In this document: one piece after another, positions 62,501 through 64,000 of the stretch
How the letters are laid out: each line of letters begins with the position of its first letter
How positions within the stretch are numbered: position 1 is the first letter of the stretch
Source: Antedon mediterranea
Lineage: Eukaryota; Animalia; Echinodermata
Reading direction: 5' to 3'
DNA length: 64,000 nucleotides
Assembly (NCBI RefSeq): GCF_964355755.1
Contig: NC_092671.1
Span: 13,516,001-13,580,000 of the forward strand
Notes under the pieces: generated by a model
What the model was told of the DNA's origin: nothing
The model's database searches: none
The model's input: the letters and a program-made list of their open reading frames with translations, nothing else
Program-made: the position numbers and the translations under genes

Positions 62501-64000
62501 TTCAAATGCTTGTTAAATGAACTATGTAACGATTACCTATATTGCAATACTACATACATAAATGAATAGTAGCAGTCTTATGTTTACTTTAACCACATCT
62601 ATAATGTGGTCAAGAATACAGTCTATACAGTAGCTTTGTAGCTATGGTAACTGTACACTGTAGGATATAAAATACAAGCATGTACAATAAATATTAAATC
62701 ACCATATAAAATTTACGTATTGGCTAATGTGTTGTTATAGCATTAGAATGATGGGATACTATAGTTTAATATATGTCGTTTACAGGGATGGCCTTATCTT
62801 AGACTTGATCAAACTACAGTATTTACTCAGTTTAACATAAGGTGTAAGATTTCACGTATAGAGTACCATGGAGTAATATTAGCTTACATAGATCTTAATG
62901 CATTTGTATCAATGAGGAATGCAAGAACTATTAGTAAGAAAATAAGTAACTAGCTTAGTCATAAAGTAGTAGATAACTACTAATAAATGGTTACTATTAA
63001 CTGTAAATTCACTCGATTAATATGGGGCAAGGAAATGGTATGACCTATATACTGTATGCATCAGTGTTACTGTATGCTGTTTGTCTATATTAGGTACAGT
63101 AGATGCAATTTAAAAAATCTCTGCACCTATTTCAAATTGACAGATCCGTCACTTCCAGTACATATTATTGTTATGTAACGTTACTGTACATGTTCTTAAT
63201 GATAATAATGATAATAAGTACCGTAGCCCATAAACAGTACTGTATGGCACAGTACTTATTTATGATTTTAATTGCACTAATAGAATACAAGTTGTAAGTG
63301 CCTTCATTCTTACTCAAGTGTGGCGCTCAGCACAAATTAATTCATCTTTGCATTCAGGTTTTAAGGCAGACCTTATTGTACATATACAAGCCTTATTGAT
63401 TAGAAGTTGCAATTAGACAGCACAGAAGGCATGATTATGTAATCCCTCCTAGTGTTCCATTAAGCAAATTGGATTCTCAATGATGTCCATGTATTGTAAG
63501 GCCCATCAATAATACATTATGTATAATCCTAAACCTCAGGTGTGCCATTGGTCATTGTTCTGTGGTCATACTGTACTTGAGCCAAACTTAAATAAATTAT
63601 TATTCTATAGTTTTTTAATGATTTGAGGAACACATAATTTTTTATCTTTTATTTTGCATATTTTGAGCAACGAAGATATATACGGCACTGTAGGTAATAA
63701 AATCCTATTTATAATATATCTAGTTATATTTTAAACATTCTTCCAAAAATTTTGTATAACACTAGAAATTATCAAGAATTTGACAGCATTATAATAGTGT
63801 GTGATTGGATGAAACTTTTATTTACGACCCGATATTTACATCAAAGTTAATGTCTCAATAAACAGTTCAAAATTGACTTCAAATGCTACTCTAGACATAT
63901 GGAGTGTTATAGAGTAATTTGTATCATATGGAATGTATTGCTTGAAACAAAAACAATACACCTACTTCAGAGCTTCCGTTAGAACAACAGGATATAATAT

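Noticed and set aside
1-64000. tRNA, rRNA, snRNA genes and U12-type introns
   Set aside because: None recognised by eye; all assigned introns are GT-AG without the RTATCCTT donor. A covariance-model search (tRNAscan-SE/Infernal) was not possible.

Overview
AT-rich eukaryotic (animal) genomic DNA with spliceosomal GT-AG introns. The repeat content suggests an invertebrate deuterostome such as an echinoderm, but that is inference. Two convergent genes are present. On + are the last five coding exons of ceramide synthase 1 (CERS1/LASS1, TLC domain; 720-7550). On - is a couch potato/MEC-8/RBPMS-family two-RRM RNA-binding protein gene (coding exons 30557 down to 17035), whose first exon was not located; 30558-64000 looks like one very large intron full of non-autonomous DNA transposons (PIF/Harbinger, piggyBac, Kolobok, hAT-like). 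Between the two predicted 3' ends lies a ~2.2 kb satellite of ~195-bp units, each made of two inverted ~97-bp halves. Three observations stand out: (i) the palindromic satellite fills the gap between the convergent genes; (ii) the window carries an apparent record of transposon excision scars (P-element-type mini-hairpins with 7-bp duplications, Tc1/mariner TAC[A/T]GTA, and TA-GGCC-TA chains), two of which can be checked against empty sites in sister satellite units; (iii) the cpo gene has a dense candidate alternative-splicing region (one- vs two-RRM isoforms, a possible mutually exclusive or poison exon in RRM2, and a sense-strand CAC cluster suggesting autoregulation). All calls and counts were made by eye, with no database searches.
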